Positions 25,887-40,499 of a stretch of 64,000 nt of DNA are shown here, one piece after another. This stretch comes from Hemiscyllium ocellatum (taxonomy: Eukaryota), in contig NC_083435.1 of NCBI RefSeq assembly GCF_020745735.1, forward strand, positions 31,185,231-31,249,230. The letters are read 5' to 3'. Every line of letters begins with the position of its first letter. The stretch's first letter is position 1. The notes beneath the pieces are model-generated. The model did no database searches. It was not told the DNA's origin and saw only the letters and a program-made list of their open reading frames with translations. The translations under genes were made by a program, and so were the position numbers.

Positions 25887-27357
25887 CTGGACAACAAGAG
25901 AATAGAGAAACAGAAAGAGATACTATTAACTGAGCTGGCTGATCAATACACCTTCTAATATCTGGACCTGGCCATACTCTTCATCCCAAGATTAACCAGT
26001 GCTGGGCTGTACAACCATGATAGCTGGGGAGGAGTGGGTGTGCTATGGACACTGATACTCCGCACTTCAGGCTCTCTGCCTTTATTCCTGATAAAGGGCT
26101 TTTGCCCGAAATGTCGATTTTATTGCTCCTCGGATGCTGCCTGAACTGCTGTGCTCTTCCAGCACCACTAATGCAGAATTTGGTTTCCAGCATCTGCAGT
26201 CATTGTTTTTACCTAAGGACAGCTACTCATTTCCATTAAGTTTCACAGCATTGGACCTCCCAACTTGCACAAGGGTCAGAAGTGGAGGCATTCACTGATA
26301 GAATGAAGTCCAACACCATCTGTGACTCCCAAAACACTGAACCAGTTCATGCCCTAAGACCTGAACCACACATCTAGGCTGGCTGGGACCGAAGGGTGGC
26401 AAGTAACATTCAAGTCACACAACTGCCATTGCCCTGATTGATACTAATGGCATTTCCATCGCTTCAAAAGCATCTTGGTGGTTCCCAGTGACCACAAAAT
26501 GAACTGGACTAGCCATACAGAAGCAGCCTGGATTCACGATTGCTGCTTTCACTCCTGTCTCGTCAAAGCCTGTTCATACGATGCACGAGGGTGGGACGGA
26601 ATGCTCTCCACTTACCTGGATGGGTGCAGCTCCAACAATACAGACTCCGCACTGTGTAGGACCCAGCCACTTGCTGGTTAACACTGCACCCACTACCCGT
26701 AAGAGTCACTCCCTTCACTACGGTGCACTTTGGCTTCAACATGTCGAAACTCTACAGGAGTAACTCATCAAGGCCCCTTGAAACAGCACCTTCAAACACA
26801 TGCAGCTCACCGTTACCTTCCCCAGGTCAATCAAGGATGGGCAGCGTAAGCTGGCCTGGACAGTGATGCTCACGTCCCATGAATGATTGAAATAGGGCTC
26901 AGCCCCATCTGGATGTCCAGTATAAAGTTAGTCCCAGGGCCTTGTACTACATAGTAAGCAGCCACACAGTCAGTGCGCCCAAGACAGGAGGGGAGGACTC
27001 ATCTGTGCAACGTTTCACTCTTGCCAAAAGAAAGGGAATTCCATTTTTTCTCACTAAGCAGAGTGAGGGTACAGTCAAAGAGCAGTGGCAAATGGCGGAG
27101 AGATAAGGAAGCAATCGGCGACCCATTGTGAGCCACCCCATAACCTGTGGCCAATGCATTCAACCCCCACCAAATGCCCCCAATCTCGCAGCCCTCCAGC
27201 ATCCCCTCCAACCCCAGAACCTTCTCACTTCACACCCGAGCGCTCACCGTCCAGTCCTCCATTTCCCCACCCCTTCTGCATCCCCTCAACCTCGTCCTTC
27301 ACCTTGATGGTCCCTCACACCCCATGGTCCCAGCACGTCCTCCACACAAAGCCGCAC

Positions 27358-27505
27358 CTTCAGCTTCTTCTGGAACATGGGCCACAGGGCGAAGACCTCG
27401 ATGGCCAAAGTCACTGTGACGAAGGCGTGGAGCGAGCTGGGGAGTCGCGAGGCCAGGCACACTGAGGCGAAGATGGCCATGTTCAATGAGAGAGTGCTGG
27501 AGACG
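27358..27505 (-). CDS. PIGC: PIGC coding exon 6
   Basis: [22 protein letters not shown]...[12 protein letters not shown]. 148 nt, phase 2-0. Confidence 0.96.
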
Positions 27506-29077
27506 CTACAAGGAGAGAGAGAGAGAATGTAACAGAACTGCCAGGGAACAGGCAACATAGGTAAGCTTGGAAGGAGCCAACTTGACCACTAAATAATTTG
27601 ATGGAATATTACAGAATGGAAATATTCGCCTTTGATATTGGGCTGGTCCCTCCTTCCCCCATCACTCCTCCTGCAAAGATATTGCTTCTGGGTCAGAGAG
27701 TACGAGCTGTTCACGAACCCCACCCCACTTCATCACATCAGGGGTCACAAAGACTTGCGCATTTCCAAAACACTCTCCCCCACCTCCGAGAACATCCCAA
27801 CACGACTTCCAGAACAACTAAAGTACTTCTTTAGAAGGGCAATCACAGTTGAAATGGAGCAAACGCAAAATTGTTGACAGCAAAATAATAATATCCAGAT
27901 AATCGGTTCTGATGGCGCTGGTTGTGTGGTAAACCACAAACACCTGCAGCTGAGACAGCTTTCCCAGGGTAGGTGCAGTTCTAAAACGCAGCTATGTCAT
28001 CCTCTTAAAGGACAACTCTGAGATGGGCCTTAGACTGTTGGCTTTGCCAAAAACACCCACGTCCTAACAGCAAGTGACTGAAGAGCCCCAATCACGCTCA
28101 GTAAATTTCCAGCCTTTTTCTACATGTTTGCCCCCACTGAGAATGACAGGGTCAGCACTGAGGAATGGGACCCACTCCCAGTCTGGATGGAGACCAAGGC
28201 GCTTACAAAACAAATTAGATCTGGAAATAGCTCCCTTTATTGAGGATCATGTCTGAACTCCGATCATTTACCCATCTCGAAAGTACTTGAACAGACTGTA
28301 ACTTGACTAGAGGTGTGCAAACTGCAGTCCTTACGTTACGTGTGGCTCTCAAACTTTCCCAATTGGATTACATTATCACAAAAAAATGCCCAAAATATTC
28401 TAGATTAAGGAAATAAAGAGCCATACTGTAATTGTGTGGATAAAAAGTGAATAATGATGCTACAGCTTACGGATAAAAATGATTAAATTGTCATTATGCT
28501 CTAAACAAATACATTTGTGAGCGCCCCCTAACCTCTTATAATGTTGATTCAAGAAGTGCACACAATAGTCCAATTGTGGCCTAACCAACCCTTCACACAC
28601 TTGCAGCATAACCTCCCTGCTCTGAGGAACGGTCACTCAGCCCATAACGTTCACTCTGATTTACCTCCACAGATGCTGCCAGACCTCCTGAGCTTTTCCA
28701 ACAATTTCAGTTTTAATCCCTTGTGCCTTCTTAATCACTACATCTACTTGTCTCACAGTTGGACATTTACTGAGAGGTCTCATTTTGATCCTCAGTGCTT
28801 CCCAGGAGCCTATCATTCATTATGTATTCCCTTACCTTGCTTGTCCTGCCCCAGTGCAGATCTATTCAGGCAAACATACTGAATTTTATTGAATACAGAT
28901 GCAAAATAGATGTTCAATTTGGTAAATTGTTAAGTACTTGACTTGGAAATGTTCAAATTTCACTCTTTGATTCAAGTTCTGTTTATTTAAAAAAAAGGAA
29001 TTTTCAAGTTGCCAACCCTGACCTACAAGTGAAAGCGATTGTAATAAAGGACCAATTTCCAGCTAATCAGGACTTAC

Positions 29078-29133
29078 ATGGCAGCATTGGCTCCATAATC
29101 AAAGAATATCAGGTGACCCAACAGCATAAAGAC
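29078..29133 (-). CDS. PIGC: PIGC coding exon 5
   Basis: VFMLLGHLIFFDYGANAA. 56 nt, phase 0-2, ttttgcag acceptor and gtaagt donor. Confidence 0.95.
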
Positions 29134-30182
29134 CTGCAAAACAAGAGACAGACAGGGAGACAGAGACCAGTCGTTATAGCTCAGTCTGGTATTACAACAC
29201 ACAGGGATGGATTTTAAAAAACAAGGATGCTCTCCTATCCAAGGAAGAGAGCCAGATTGGATTCAAATGATTTACTGTGCTTCTCTGTTGACCTGTTGAG
29301 TTTCTAGTGCAATTTCTCTTCTAACTTCAGATTTCAGGCATCTTTCAGTATTTGGCTATTATTTCTACATTTTTTAAGGTGTGCATATCGGGATTTGACA
29401 GGTCAGCAAGTACAGGAGTGATTGGTGGGCATGACAGGGTCCAGGTAGATAGGAAGAGGAACTGTTCCCGCAAGCGTCGAACCTCGGGTTCCAGACAAAC
29501 ACCTGGGAAACGGTGGAGATTTGAGGTGAAGCCCTTTTGCACCACAAGTGGTTAGCATCCAGGATGTGCTGCCTGAGGATACGGAGGAGGCAAGGTCGAT
29601 CGAGGCTTTCAGGAAGTGGACAAGTATTTGGAAATGAGGAATGTGGCCGGGAAAAGAAATGGGAGTGGAACTAGGTGCATTGGCCCTCAGAAAACCCCGG
29701 CACACAACAGAATGAATGGCCTCGCGGGGTGTGGTAGCAATACTGTGAGACAGCGGGGAGTTCACTAAGCTCAACTTTATGTTGGAAGGCTGACCAGCAG
29801 GGTGTTGAAACAGACCAGTTCAAAGTTGGCAGAAGCAGAAACGAGGGTCTCAACTAAAGTTGTGGTGGGGCGGACGTGCTATATCAGAGGGCTGGTTGGG
29901 TAATGTTACGTAAGTTGAAAGAGACAGTCTTGTTTACAACTCAGAAGATGGAAACTGAATGACCAAAGATATCTGAGGGCTGTGGTGTGGCAGAATTTAC
30001 AAGGGGGTCGAATCTGTGGTGGGTTATAGATAGCTGGATCAGCGTTTTCAAATAGTGTTAAGACGCAGAAGAGGGACAATTCGAAGGGCAAAATGAAAGG
30101 AGGTTGTGACACAGTCCTGTCCAGCCCTAATGGCTTCTGCCCACTGACGGATGGCACAGTAAACCCTTGTGCCGCCACTTAC

Positions 30183-30295
30183 AGACATGGCATAGATCGT
30201 ATCGGTGCTGATGGATTCGGTCAGCGTTTTCAGAATCGGAGCAAATCCATACGTGAACGTCACAAAGACGACAGTGGTCTTTAGGTCAGCCCATC
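30183..30295 (-). CDS. PIGC: PIGC coding exon 4
   Basis: [38 protein letters not shown]. 113 nt, phase 1-0. Confidence 0.96.
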
Positions 30296-32124
30296 CTGTG
30301 GAGAGCAAGTTGGAACAGATCAAGGTTAATGTCACAGTTTTACCTCCATGCTCTACCACCCGGGAACGTGCTTTAAATAACAGATCGGCAAATGGTGCAG
30401 GATTCAGCAGTTGGCCTTAGCCTGTGTCAGGCTGTCCCTGAGCTGGAAGGCGTACCTACCTACAAGCAGCATTTAACAATGCTGGTCACACTTTTAAACG
30501 CGAGTTCTCAAAGCCTGAATGACTTATTAACCTTTCGTTAAGTTGCCCCGTCACTTTCAGAACCTGTGCACTACCACACCCAGCTCTCTTCACTCCAGCC
30601 CTCTTTTTAATAACCGTTCCATTTTAATGGTATTTTCTGCCTTCAGTTGCATGGATCACTTTACAAATTCTATCTGCTGCACGTCTGCTCCTTTCCACCT
30701 AGACCCCTTGAAGAGGGGAGATGAGGAAGCAGTTTTTTTCCTCACTCAGGAGTGGTCGGGCTCTGGAACTCACTGCCTTGAAGAGTAGTAAAAGGTAGAA
30801 ACACAACTCATTTTTTAAAAATGAGAAGTGCCCAGTTATGTACCCGAAGTCCCCATAACCTCCAGAGATATACTGTCCAGCAACTGCTGGAAAGTAAAAT
30901 GAGGCTGGGTGATTTACCTCTAAGGAGGCACAGCCACAATCAGCAGAGAGGCCTACTTCGGCGCTGTAAATGATTCTACATTTTCTCAACATCCTAAACA
31001 TCCAAACAGGAGCAGGGATATGAGGAGAAGGCAGGGGAATGGCAGTACATGAAGGACTGATGATGGAGGGTCCAGCATGATGTCTCAATATCTTTCTTCA
31101 GTGTGGTATCAATTCTATGATTCAAAGACCATGTTTACTACATTGTCCAGTTTTTGTCATCTGCATTTCTGAAGTTTACCCTCACGTCCACTTTGTCAGA
31201 GGAGGGGAGAACAAAAAATACTTGAAAACCTCAGTGGGTCAGGCAGCAACTGTGGAGAGAGAAACAGTTTCTCATGAAAAGTCAAAGACGTGCGTGCATG
31301 CGTGCGTATTCTGGTCAGCCATGAGATGGATAGAAAGTTGGATCTTCAGTGACAGCTTCAGACTACATGATACATGGGAGAACTGCACATTACCACTGCA
31401 ACTGCACCTACACAGGTGAACTGTAACCTGCTGCTGCCATCTTGTTAATTTTAACAGTGTTGTGAACCTGGGCAATCTCCAATATACTGCTCCTCCACTG
31501 CAGCTCTGCATTTTTAACCCTCAGTCAACTTCATATCCATACTGTCACTGCTCCTGCTCTCCCACTGGCTCCCATTTCGGAAACTCCCAAGACTGTGGCA
31601 CTTTATCAGACACTTTAAAACTCCACATCCACCATCCTACACAAGAATTAGGAGAAGGTCAGTTAGCCCATCAAGCATCTTCTGCCAGTCACTAAGATCA
31701 TGACTGATTTGATTATTACACAACCTTTCTAACCCTGATACCTTAAAACATTTCGCTTTACAAGAATTTGTCTACTTCTATATTGACAATATTCAAAGAT
31801 TTTGCGATCACCACTTTTGCAGGAAAGAGCTCCATGACTCAGACAGAAGTTTTTTCCTGTGGTCAGTGGATGTACACAATTGCTCAGAGTTTCAGATTTC
31901 CGCAAGGGGAAATATCCTTTTCACCTTCACCCCTCAAGGCCTCTCACGATCTTTCAATCAAGTCAGCACCTGTTCAAATTCCAACAGATACAGGTCCACC
32001 CTACCAAACTTTTCCTCATAAGAGAACCCACCCGTTCCAGAGATTAGTCTTCTCTGAACTGCCTTCAATTCATTTCCATCTTTTCCTGAATAGGGTAGAC
32101 ACTGAGTTTAGATAGGGTAGACAC

Positions 32125-32420
32125 TGAGAACCTTTTTCCGCTAATGGAGTCAGCTGTTACTAGGGGACACAGCTTTAAAGTAAGGGGTGGTAGGTATAGG
32201 ACAGATGTTAGGGGTAGATTCTTTACTCAGTGGGTTGAGAGTTCATGGAATGCCCTGCCAGTAGCAGTGGTGAACTCTCCCTCTTTATGGTAATTTAAGC
32301 AGGGATTGGATAAGCATATCGAGGTTATTGGGCTAGTGTAGGCTAGGTAGGCTTTGGTCGGCGCAACATCGAGGGCCGAATGGCCTGTACTGCGCTGTAT
32401 TTTTCTATGTTCTATGTTCT
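32125..32420 (+). mobile_element. CR1 LINE 3' end with (ttctatg)n tail
   Basis: TRGHSFKVRGGRYRTDVRGRFFTQ-like remnant ending ttctatgttctatgttcta. Confidence 0.75.
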
Positions 32421-33134
32421 AAGGAGACAAAAACTGCACACAGTATTCCAGATGTGGAGAAACTCAGCAGGTCTGGCAGCATCTGTGGAAAGAGAAACCG
32501 TTAACGTCGAGTCCAGAATGACTTCTTCAAAACACTGGAGTCACACACTCGAAATGTGAAATGTATTTCTGTCCAAGGATGTTGCCAAACCTGCTGACTT
32601 TCTCTAGAACTTGGAGATGTGGTGTTGGACTGGGGTGGACAAAGATAAAAAAAATCACGCAACACCAGGTTATAGTCCAACACCTACCACCCGATGAAGG
32701 AGCAGCGCTCCGAAAGCTAGTGCTTCCAAATAAACCTGTTGGACTATAACCTGGTGTTGATTGATTTTTAACCTCAACTTTCTCAAACACTTTAATTACA
32801 TATTTATAGTCCCTGCAATATCTTGTTTTTACTCTAGATGCAGTCTCACCTTGTATAAATGGAGCAAAATGGTCCCGCTTTTGTACTCAGTTCCCTATGC
32901 AATAAATAACATTCTTTGAGCTTTCCTGATGATTTCCTGTCCTCAGTCTCCTTATCAAAAAACACAACTGAGTTTGTCAAGCATAATCTTTCCCCTGGCA
33001 AGTCTGTGCTGGTGTTCATCAGTTGGTGCTTGTATAAATGGCTCGTCAACTTTACCCTGAATTGTCTTTTTCAGAAACTTCCCCACTCCCCGTGTTAAAC
33101 CCCAGGATTGTGTAAAAGCTGTAACATTTAGAGT

Positions 33135-33835
33135 CATACAGCACAAAAAGTCTAACTCGTCCACACATCCCATTCTGAGCTCGTCCCATTTGCCAGCTTG
33201 CTATTCGTATCCCCATTCAGATGCCTTTTAAATGTTGTAATTCCAGCTGCTTCCACCACTTCCTCTGGCAGCTCACTCATACACACACCATCCAAAAAAT
33301 AAAACCTACTCCTCAGATCCTTGTTAAATCTTTCCCCTCTCACTTTAATCCATGCCCTCTAGTTTTGGTCTCCCCCATCATAGGAAAAAGACCGTGGCTA
33401 TTCACCTTTTCCATGCCCCTCATGATTTTATTAACCTCTATAAGGTCACCCCTCAGCCTCTCACACACCAGGAAAAACAGCCCCAGCCTCACCCTATAGC
33501 TCAAATCCTCCAAACTTGGCAACAGCCTTGTAAATCTTTTCTGCACCCTCTCAAGCATCCTTCCTATAGAAGGGTGACCAGAATTGTATGTAGTATTCGA
33601 AAAGCAGCCTTGCCAAAGTCCTGCACAGCCGTAACATGACATCCCAACACCTATACTCAATGCTCTGACCAATGAAGGCCAGCGTGCCAAATGCCTTCTT
33701 CACCACCCAGTCTACCTGTGCTTCCACTTTCAAGGAACTAATGCAAGTACACCCCCAGGTCTCTTTGCTTGGCTTCACTCCCCAGGACCCTCCATTAACT
33801 GTACAAGTCCTGCCCTGGTTTGCCTTACCAAAATG
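33135..33835 (-). mobile_element. CR1 LINE 3' fragment
   Basis: LERVQKRFTRLLP...RLRGDLIEVNKIMRG. Confidence 0.85.
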
Positions 33836-34750
33836 TAAGTTGCATGCCTGAAGAGCTCTGGAGACACAGTGCTGTGCATCATGGTGAACGGCAGATGAGC
33901 ATGTCTACAGTTCTCTTTCTTTCTGTTTTTATATCATCATAACACAGCAAACTCCTCACTTAGCTTAGTCCTCTTCTAGAGTACTTTCTGCTTCTGTCAA
34001 GGAATCTTTAATTTGGACCCGCTAAGTGCTCCCCTCATGCTCTAGCAATGCCCTTTCACTGTTAAGGACCTGGTCATCCACTCTTAAGCAATGTTGATTT
34101 CAGGGATAAACGTAATCATGGGATAGCCAACTGACTGAGGGTTTAATAATAGGATTCCCACTTTGGATCATCCACTGAATGGATGCGGAGAGGGGTCCAA
34201 AGTTCAAATGTTGGACAAACTCTTTCTTTTGGGGCATTGGCTATATCCCTCCCTCTAAGCCAGAAAACCTGGGTTCGAGTCTCACCTCCTCCATCTGAAC
34301 AGTTGATTAAAAAACTTCCTCATCCTGCGATAGGGAGGAAAACATCAGGCTGTTTTTCTGACCAAGTGTTGCAGGATCTTTGAAGCTCACCTGCAAAGAG
34401 AGGCAGGGCCTTGGTCACTATCTCAGCCACTTTGCCCCAGTACCACAGTGGGAGGGTCAACATGTGTTGTGTGCTAGAACAGGACTTGAACCTCGGGACC
34501 TTTAGACTCAGAGACAAGAATGCAACCCAACTGGACCACTATCAGGGAACGCTTGAGCCCTACAGAGAAGCATGACCGATCAATCAAGAAGGCTTTTGAC
34601 TCAATCTCCTGGGGACAGGTCAGTTTTCAGATTTTTCCAGCAGGCTAACACTTGCCAGCCCACGAGCTCGGTGTTCTGGGTCTAAAGTTAAACAGAAGAC
34701 GCAAACCTCCTGCCTGAGCCCTTGGGAGTTGTCACGGGATTTGCACTTAC

Positions 34751-34905
34751 GTGTTCGGCCACTGAGATTACGCCCTGCCCCCGAGTCAATGACATCAAAT
34801 GTGAGGTAGCCGAAGAGAGAGAGGAGGAGGCCGTACGTGAAGAGCCGGTGAGGGGACAGGTGACTCTGGTCCATGTACCACCACAGGACAACAAATACAC
34901 ACACA
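34751..34905 (-). CDS. PIGC: PIGC coding exon 3
   Basis: [13 protein letters not shown]...[21 protein letters not shown]. 155 nt, phase 2-1. Confidence 0.96.
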
Positions 34906-36124
34906 CTGGGGGGGAAAAGAACAGTGGAGCAGTGAGAAAGCAGCACAGCAGAGGTGGAATCAACATTAGTTGCTTTTATGTCGCTTTTTAAAATTAACTT
35001 GCCCTTGGGATCCAGTAGACGATTTTCAGAAGTTTTAAAATATTGAAAGAAAACAATTTACTTTATAAAAAAGTGACAAGGTTTGACCAATGGAACTAGC
35101 AATACAAATTACGTGAGGGACTGCAGGAAGGGAGAGGCAACAGTGCAGATGAACTAGCAATGTAAAGATGAAGCTATGAAGTCCAGAAAAGGGAGTGACA
35201 GGCTACAAAGGGGAGAGAGCTATTTGAAAACCTTTCATTAAAGGAACCTCACAGAGAAAGGGAAACCCAAGGTAAGGAATTCACTGTCAGGTGATGTGGA
35301 GTCTCTACATTAAAGCTGGAGAGGTTCTGGAGCGATTAATTGGAGGGAATCGCTGTAGATATTATTGCAGTGAATGCTGTTAGTCGTACAGTTTAATGCG
35401 AAAACATTTATACCACAACACACTCATTCAAGTCTTTACCACATCTCAAGCATCTTACACACTGAATTCCTTGAGGTGCAGAGACAGAGAGAAGCTTAAA
35501 CTACAACACTAGAGCTGTAACCTTATCGTACATAGAGAAGTATTTGTCAATTATTTTTAAGACAGCCATTTGTTATTCATTTCGTGTTCCCTGCCAATTT
35601 AAATACTGGGTGTCAAGGAAATTAATGTTTTGTGTGTTGTGATTTTAAATTTAATGGAGCGTTGATGCTTCTGTGCAAGTCTGAATGCTCAGCATCAACA
35701 TAAACACTGAAGGTATTGTTACATCATCTCAAGGAGAATAAATGGAGATAAAAACAAAGTTCCTGGAAAACCAAAACACAGCCCCGCAAATCAATGGGCA
35801 GCTTAAGAAATCTCAAGAACAGACATCGAAAGAAAAATAATTTTGACTCTTCATCTAATAGCACATTGGCGTGCAAACCCAAGACATGTAGCACAATGGA
35901 TTCTGGTCTACACCGAAAAGATAAAACGCAGATTGGGTCCACAAATCTGGCCCTGTCACTTTAATCCCACTCTGTCAGCAATGTTCCAGTGAAGGTCAAT
36001 GCAGGGTCACTCAACAGTACCTGATCTTTCAATTAGGCCCTTTACAACTTTTTAAGATTCAACTTTCTTAGCGCAACCATTTTGTTCGGTTTTGCTTTGG
36101 CTTTGAGGGGCCAACTGTGGGGTC

Positions 36125-36430
36125 TGATTAGATTACTTACAGTGTGGAAACAGGCCCTTCAGCCCAACAAGTCCACACCGACCCGCCGCAGCGCAACCCA
36201 CCCATACCCCTACATTTGCCCCTTCACCTAACACTACGGACAATTTAGCATGGCCAATTCACCTGACCCGCAGTTCTTTGGACTGTGGGAGGAAACCAGA
36301 GCACCCGGAGGAAACCCACACAGACACGGGGAAAATGTGCAAACTCCACACAGTCAGTCGCCTGAGGTGGGAATTGAACCCGGGTCTCTGGCGCTGTGAG
36401 GCAGCAGTGCTAACCACTGTGCCACCGTGA
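36125..36430 (-). mobile_element. HE1-like SINE (young-looking)
   Basis: Closely similar to the copy at 58473-58770, including the taatctaatc tail. Confidence 0.88.
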
Positions 36431-36818
36431 TTCTACATGTGATATTCCGGACCCCTCTTTTGTTTCATTATTTGTCCCTTTCCCACTTCCCATTAGCCTT
36501 CCAGCATCATTCCTTGATCATTTAGTCTCTCCTGCCTTCCACTCTGCCAAAGATCGTGCCTTCGGTTTTTCCCTCATCCTCCCTCCTGTTACTACCTCTG
36601 GAACTTGCCTGGATCCTGTTGCATCTTGAAGGTTAGCAAGTTCAAACGAATGGCCAATAGCCTGAAGTATTAATGCTGTTTCGCTCCCTCTAGATGCTAT
36701 CTGCCCTGCTGAGTATTTCCTGCTTCTTCTGGTTTTACTTCAGATTCCCATTACTGGCAGCAATTTGCCTTTGGACAACCCTAACTTGCACTTGCAAAGT
36801 AAAGTTGGGTGTGCTTAC

Positions 36819-36888
36819 CTGGACAACTGATGGATGACAACACTGGATTCACACACCACTGTCCAAAACCGGTACTGGCGGACATAAA
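36819..36888 (-). CDS. PIGC: PIGC coding exon 2
   Basis: IYVRQYRFWTVVCESSVVIHQLS. 70 nt, phase 1-2, ttctag acceptor and gtaagc donor. Confidence 0.94.
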
Positions 36889-38137
36889 CTAGAACGGAAA
36901 ATAAAGCTTATGATGATAAAATCAAAGGAACGTGCCAACTTTGGAGCAGAAACAGGACATTCAGCCTTTTGAGTTTCCTATGCCATTCAATAAGCTCATG
37001 GCTGGTCTGGTTGTGGTCATAACTCCACTTTCCTGTTTAGAATACCATCCTTCTCACCTCTTGTGAATCGAAACTCGAAATAAGCCGAGCTTCCAGACTC
37101 GACACTGCACCCTTTTAGACTCAATATTGAGTTCAATCATTTTCCGGCTTCTCCTATGTCCTTACCCCACACTCTGGACCTTGTTATCACATAACCTGCT
37201 TTTACACACCACCCATTGTTAGCTGCTAATTGTCCACTAACAGCTAGCCATTCTCCCAGATGAACCACTATCCACTCCTTTCCCCGTCCAAGTGTTCTTC
37301 TCTCTCTTTGGGATCTATCCCAAACCATTGTTTACTCCTCACCCCCTCCCCCAATCATATCTTCTGCATAAAAACCAACCTTTTCATAGCTACCATCGGT
37401 TCTGAGGAAGGGTCACTGAACCTGAAACATTATCTCTGTTTTCTCTTCACAAATGCTGCCAGACTGGAATTTTTCCAGCAATTTCTTTGTTGCTGGTTTC
37501 CAGGATCTGCAGTCATTTCATTTTATATTCCAGACTCCACTGCTTTCTGGAGAAGAGAATCCTGCATAAAATGACCCTCAGAAGACAAGATCTACATCTA
37601 CATCTTAAACGAGAGACCCTTTAGCTTTAAAAGGTGTGTCCACACTTTCCAACTCGGGAAGTAAAGGCATCCCTCAGTATCCACCCCATCAAGTCACCTC
37701 AAGATCTTATACATTTCAGCGATATCACTTCTCATTCTTTCAAACTTCAATGGGTATAGGCCGGACCTGCTTACCATCTTCCTTAAACTTGCAGTGAAGA
37801 TCATTTGGACCATCATCTTAATGCTGGCTCTTTGAAGCATTAATGAATGTGCCCCACACTCATCTCTCTCGCCTCACAGTCCTGTAATTCCTCCTCTGCC
37901 TCAAGTGTTTATTCAATTCTCTTTTGAAAGACAACATTGACCATGCTTCAGTCTGCAGGCCTGATCTTCAGCATTACCCAGCTCACTACCTCACACACAT
38001 TCCTGTCCTCCATTCGTTGCACTGTGCCAGTGAGGGCCAACGTAGGCTGAACGAACAACTCTTAACCTTCCGATTAAGCACTTGACACATTACTGGACTT
38101 AACATGGGGGCTCAATAACTTGAACAGTGGATTATCA

Positions 38138-38775
38138 GGTAGATAGCACAGTGAAGGCAGTGTTCAGTATGCTTTCCTTTATTGGTCAGATCACTGAGTA
38201 ATGGAGTTGGGAGGTCATGTTGCAGCACTACAGACCATTCATTAGGTTACTTTTGGAATACTGTGTGCAATTCTTGTCTCATTCCTTACAGGAAGGATGT
38301 TGTGAAACTTGAAAGATTCAGAAAAGATTGATAAGGATGTTGCCAGGGTTGGAGGGTTTGAGCTGTAGGGAGAGGCTGAATATGCTGAGGCAGCTTTCCC
38401 TGGAGCATCAGAGGCTGAGGGGTGACCTTATAGAGGTTTAGAAAATGAGGGTCATGGACAGGGTAAATAGACAAGGTCTTTACCCTGGGGCAGGGGAGTC
38501 CAGAACTAGAGGATATAGGTTTAGGGTAGAGGGGAAAGACATAAAAGGGACCTAAGGGGCATTTTTTTTCCAGCAGAGGGTGGTATGTGTATTGAATTAG
38601 CTGCCAGAGGAAGTAGTGGAGGCTGGTACAATGACAGCATTTAAAAGACATCTGGATGGGTATAGAGAGATATAGGTCAAGTACTGACAAATGGGACTGG
38701 ATTAGTTTCGGATATCTGGTCAGCATGGACAAATCAGACTGAAGGGTCTGTTTCCGTGCTGTACATCTCTATGAC
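38138..38775 (+). mobile_element. CR1 LINE 3' fragment
   Basis: Plus-strand copy of the CR1 family, ending ctctatgac. Confidence 0.85.
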
Positions 38776-40499
38776 TTTATCTCTTCAAATTGTGAACTCT
38801 ATTCTTCATTTTGAATTTTCTTTGTTGCCACATGCTGGTCTGAATTTTATTTCTTACTCTTTTGCTTTCAGAGGTATTTATTACTCTGCTACCTGACACT
38901 TGCTTTTTTTCCCTTGTATACAACCCTTTGTGCCCTGTCATCTTCATTATTTAATCTTGTATTCTCTACTCTCAGACATTCCTTGTCCTTTCTCCTCCTG
39001 CTGCTTTACAGCAGCATAAAACCTGTCATACTTCCCAGCACCTGATCAGTTTTGAAATCACATTGGGGTCAAAACATTGATTCTGTTCCATTACCGACAG
39101 GCACTGCCATTACACTGCTCCATTACTTTGTACTTCAGATGGCCAACACCCACCAGTACTTAGCTTTTATTTATTGCTCTTCCCCAATGGCCCTTAAATG
39201 GAGGGGCATAGAGGGCAGTTAAGAGACAACTGTCTTGTTGAATACATGCAATCACAGGTAGGCAAGACTATGAAAAAACGGCAAAGTTTGCTTTTTCTCA
39301 TAAGGATATTAGTAAATCCAATGGGGTTTTACAACAATCGGTGATAGTTTGATGCGCACCTTTATGGGAGGCTAACTTTACAGTCTAGATTTAAGGTGGA
39401 ATTGTTTCCAGTGGCTGAATTATTTTGATACTTTCTAAACTTATTATCAAAACCTTCCATGCTCTTGAACACCTCAGTTAAAAAACCTTCTTTGCTCAGA
39501 GACAAGCCACAGTTCCTCAAGCTCTCCACCTGAGCTGATCTGTGTTATCTACCCTGGTCCGAATCAATTAGTCTTCTCCATGGCCATTCCAATCCTAGAC
39601 ACGAAGTATCAATGGTGCAAGCTGCCAAATGATTCCCAGCTTCAAATGCTTACTCTGGCAGTACAAAACGCATATTATTCAGTTCTGTGTTACGAGACTA
39701 CATATTGAACGATATTACAAAGTGGATGAGATTTCCCCCCCTTGACACTCCATCTTTCCCTTGTCACTCAATGGATATTGACACAATTTTGAACTCAGCC
39801 CAATCAATCTATGTCCTGGGTGTGAAAACGCTGAATATACAAGACTGACCAGCCCTTAGCTACACCCTTTCCCTGTACACACAATGTGGAAGCCGAATTT
39901 ACAAAGCAGCAACACAGCAATAGATTCTGCTGGCAATCCAAGATACAAAGGATGGTTCCTATTACAGGCAAAACCAATCTCTCTGAAATGTCACACAGAG
40001 GGTGGTATGTGTATGGAATGAGTTGCCAGAGGAAGTGGTGGAGGCTGGTACAACTGTAACATTTAAAAGACATTTGGATGGGTGTATGAATAGGAAGGGT
40101 TTGGAGGGATATGGGCTGGATGCTGGCAAGATTGGGACTAGACTGGGTTGGGATATCTGGTCAGCATGGACAGGTTGGACTGAAGGGTCTGTTTCCATTC
40201 TGTACATCTGTATGACTCAGAAAGACCTAACAGGGACCTGGGAGCATGAATTTTATGAGAAGGAAATATGTAATAAAATCTCAGCCCAACATAAAGCTGC
40301 ACAGATTATGGGTGTATCAATTGAAAATGTCAAGACAGGCGTGGGTACATTCTTGCTGGGTGAGAGCTTTAAATAATGGAAGCTAGAAACATTGGTTAGC
40401 CAAGACCTTATCGTCTGCAAACTTAGCCAGAATACTGTCAGTTCTTTCATCAAGATGGTTAATGCTCGCCACCTCCCATTTCCTGCGTCCCTCATACGA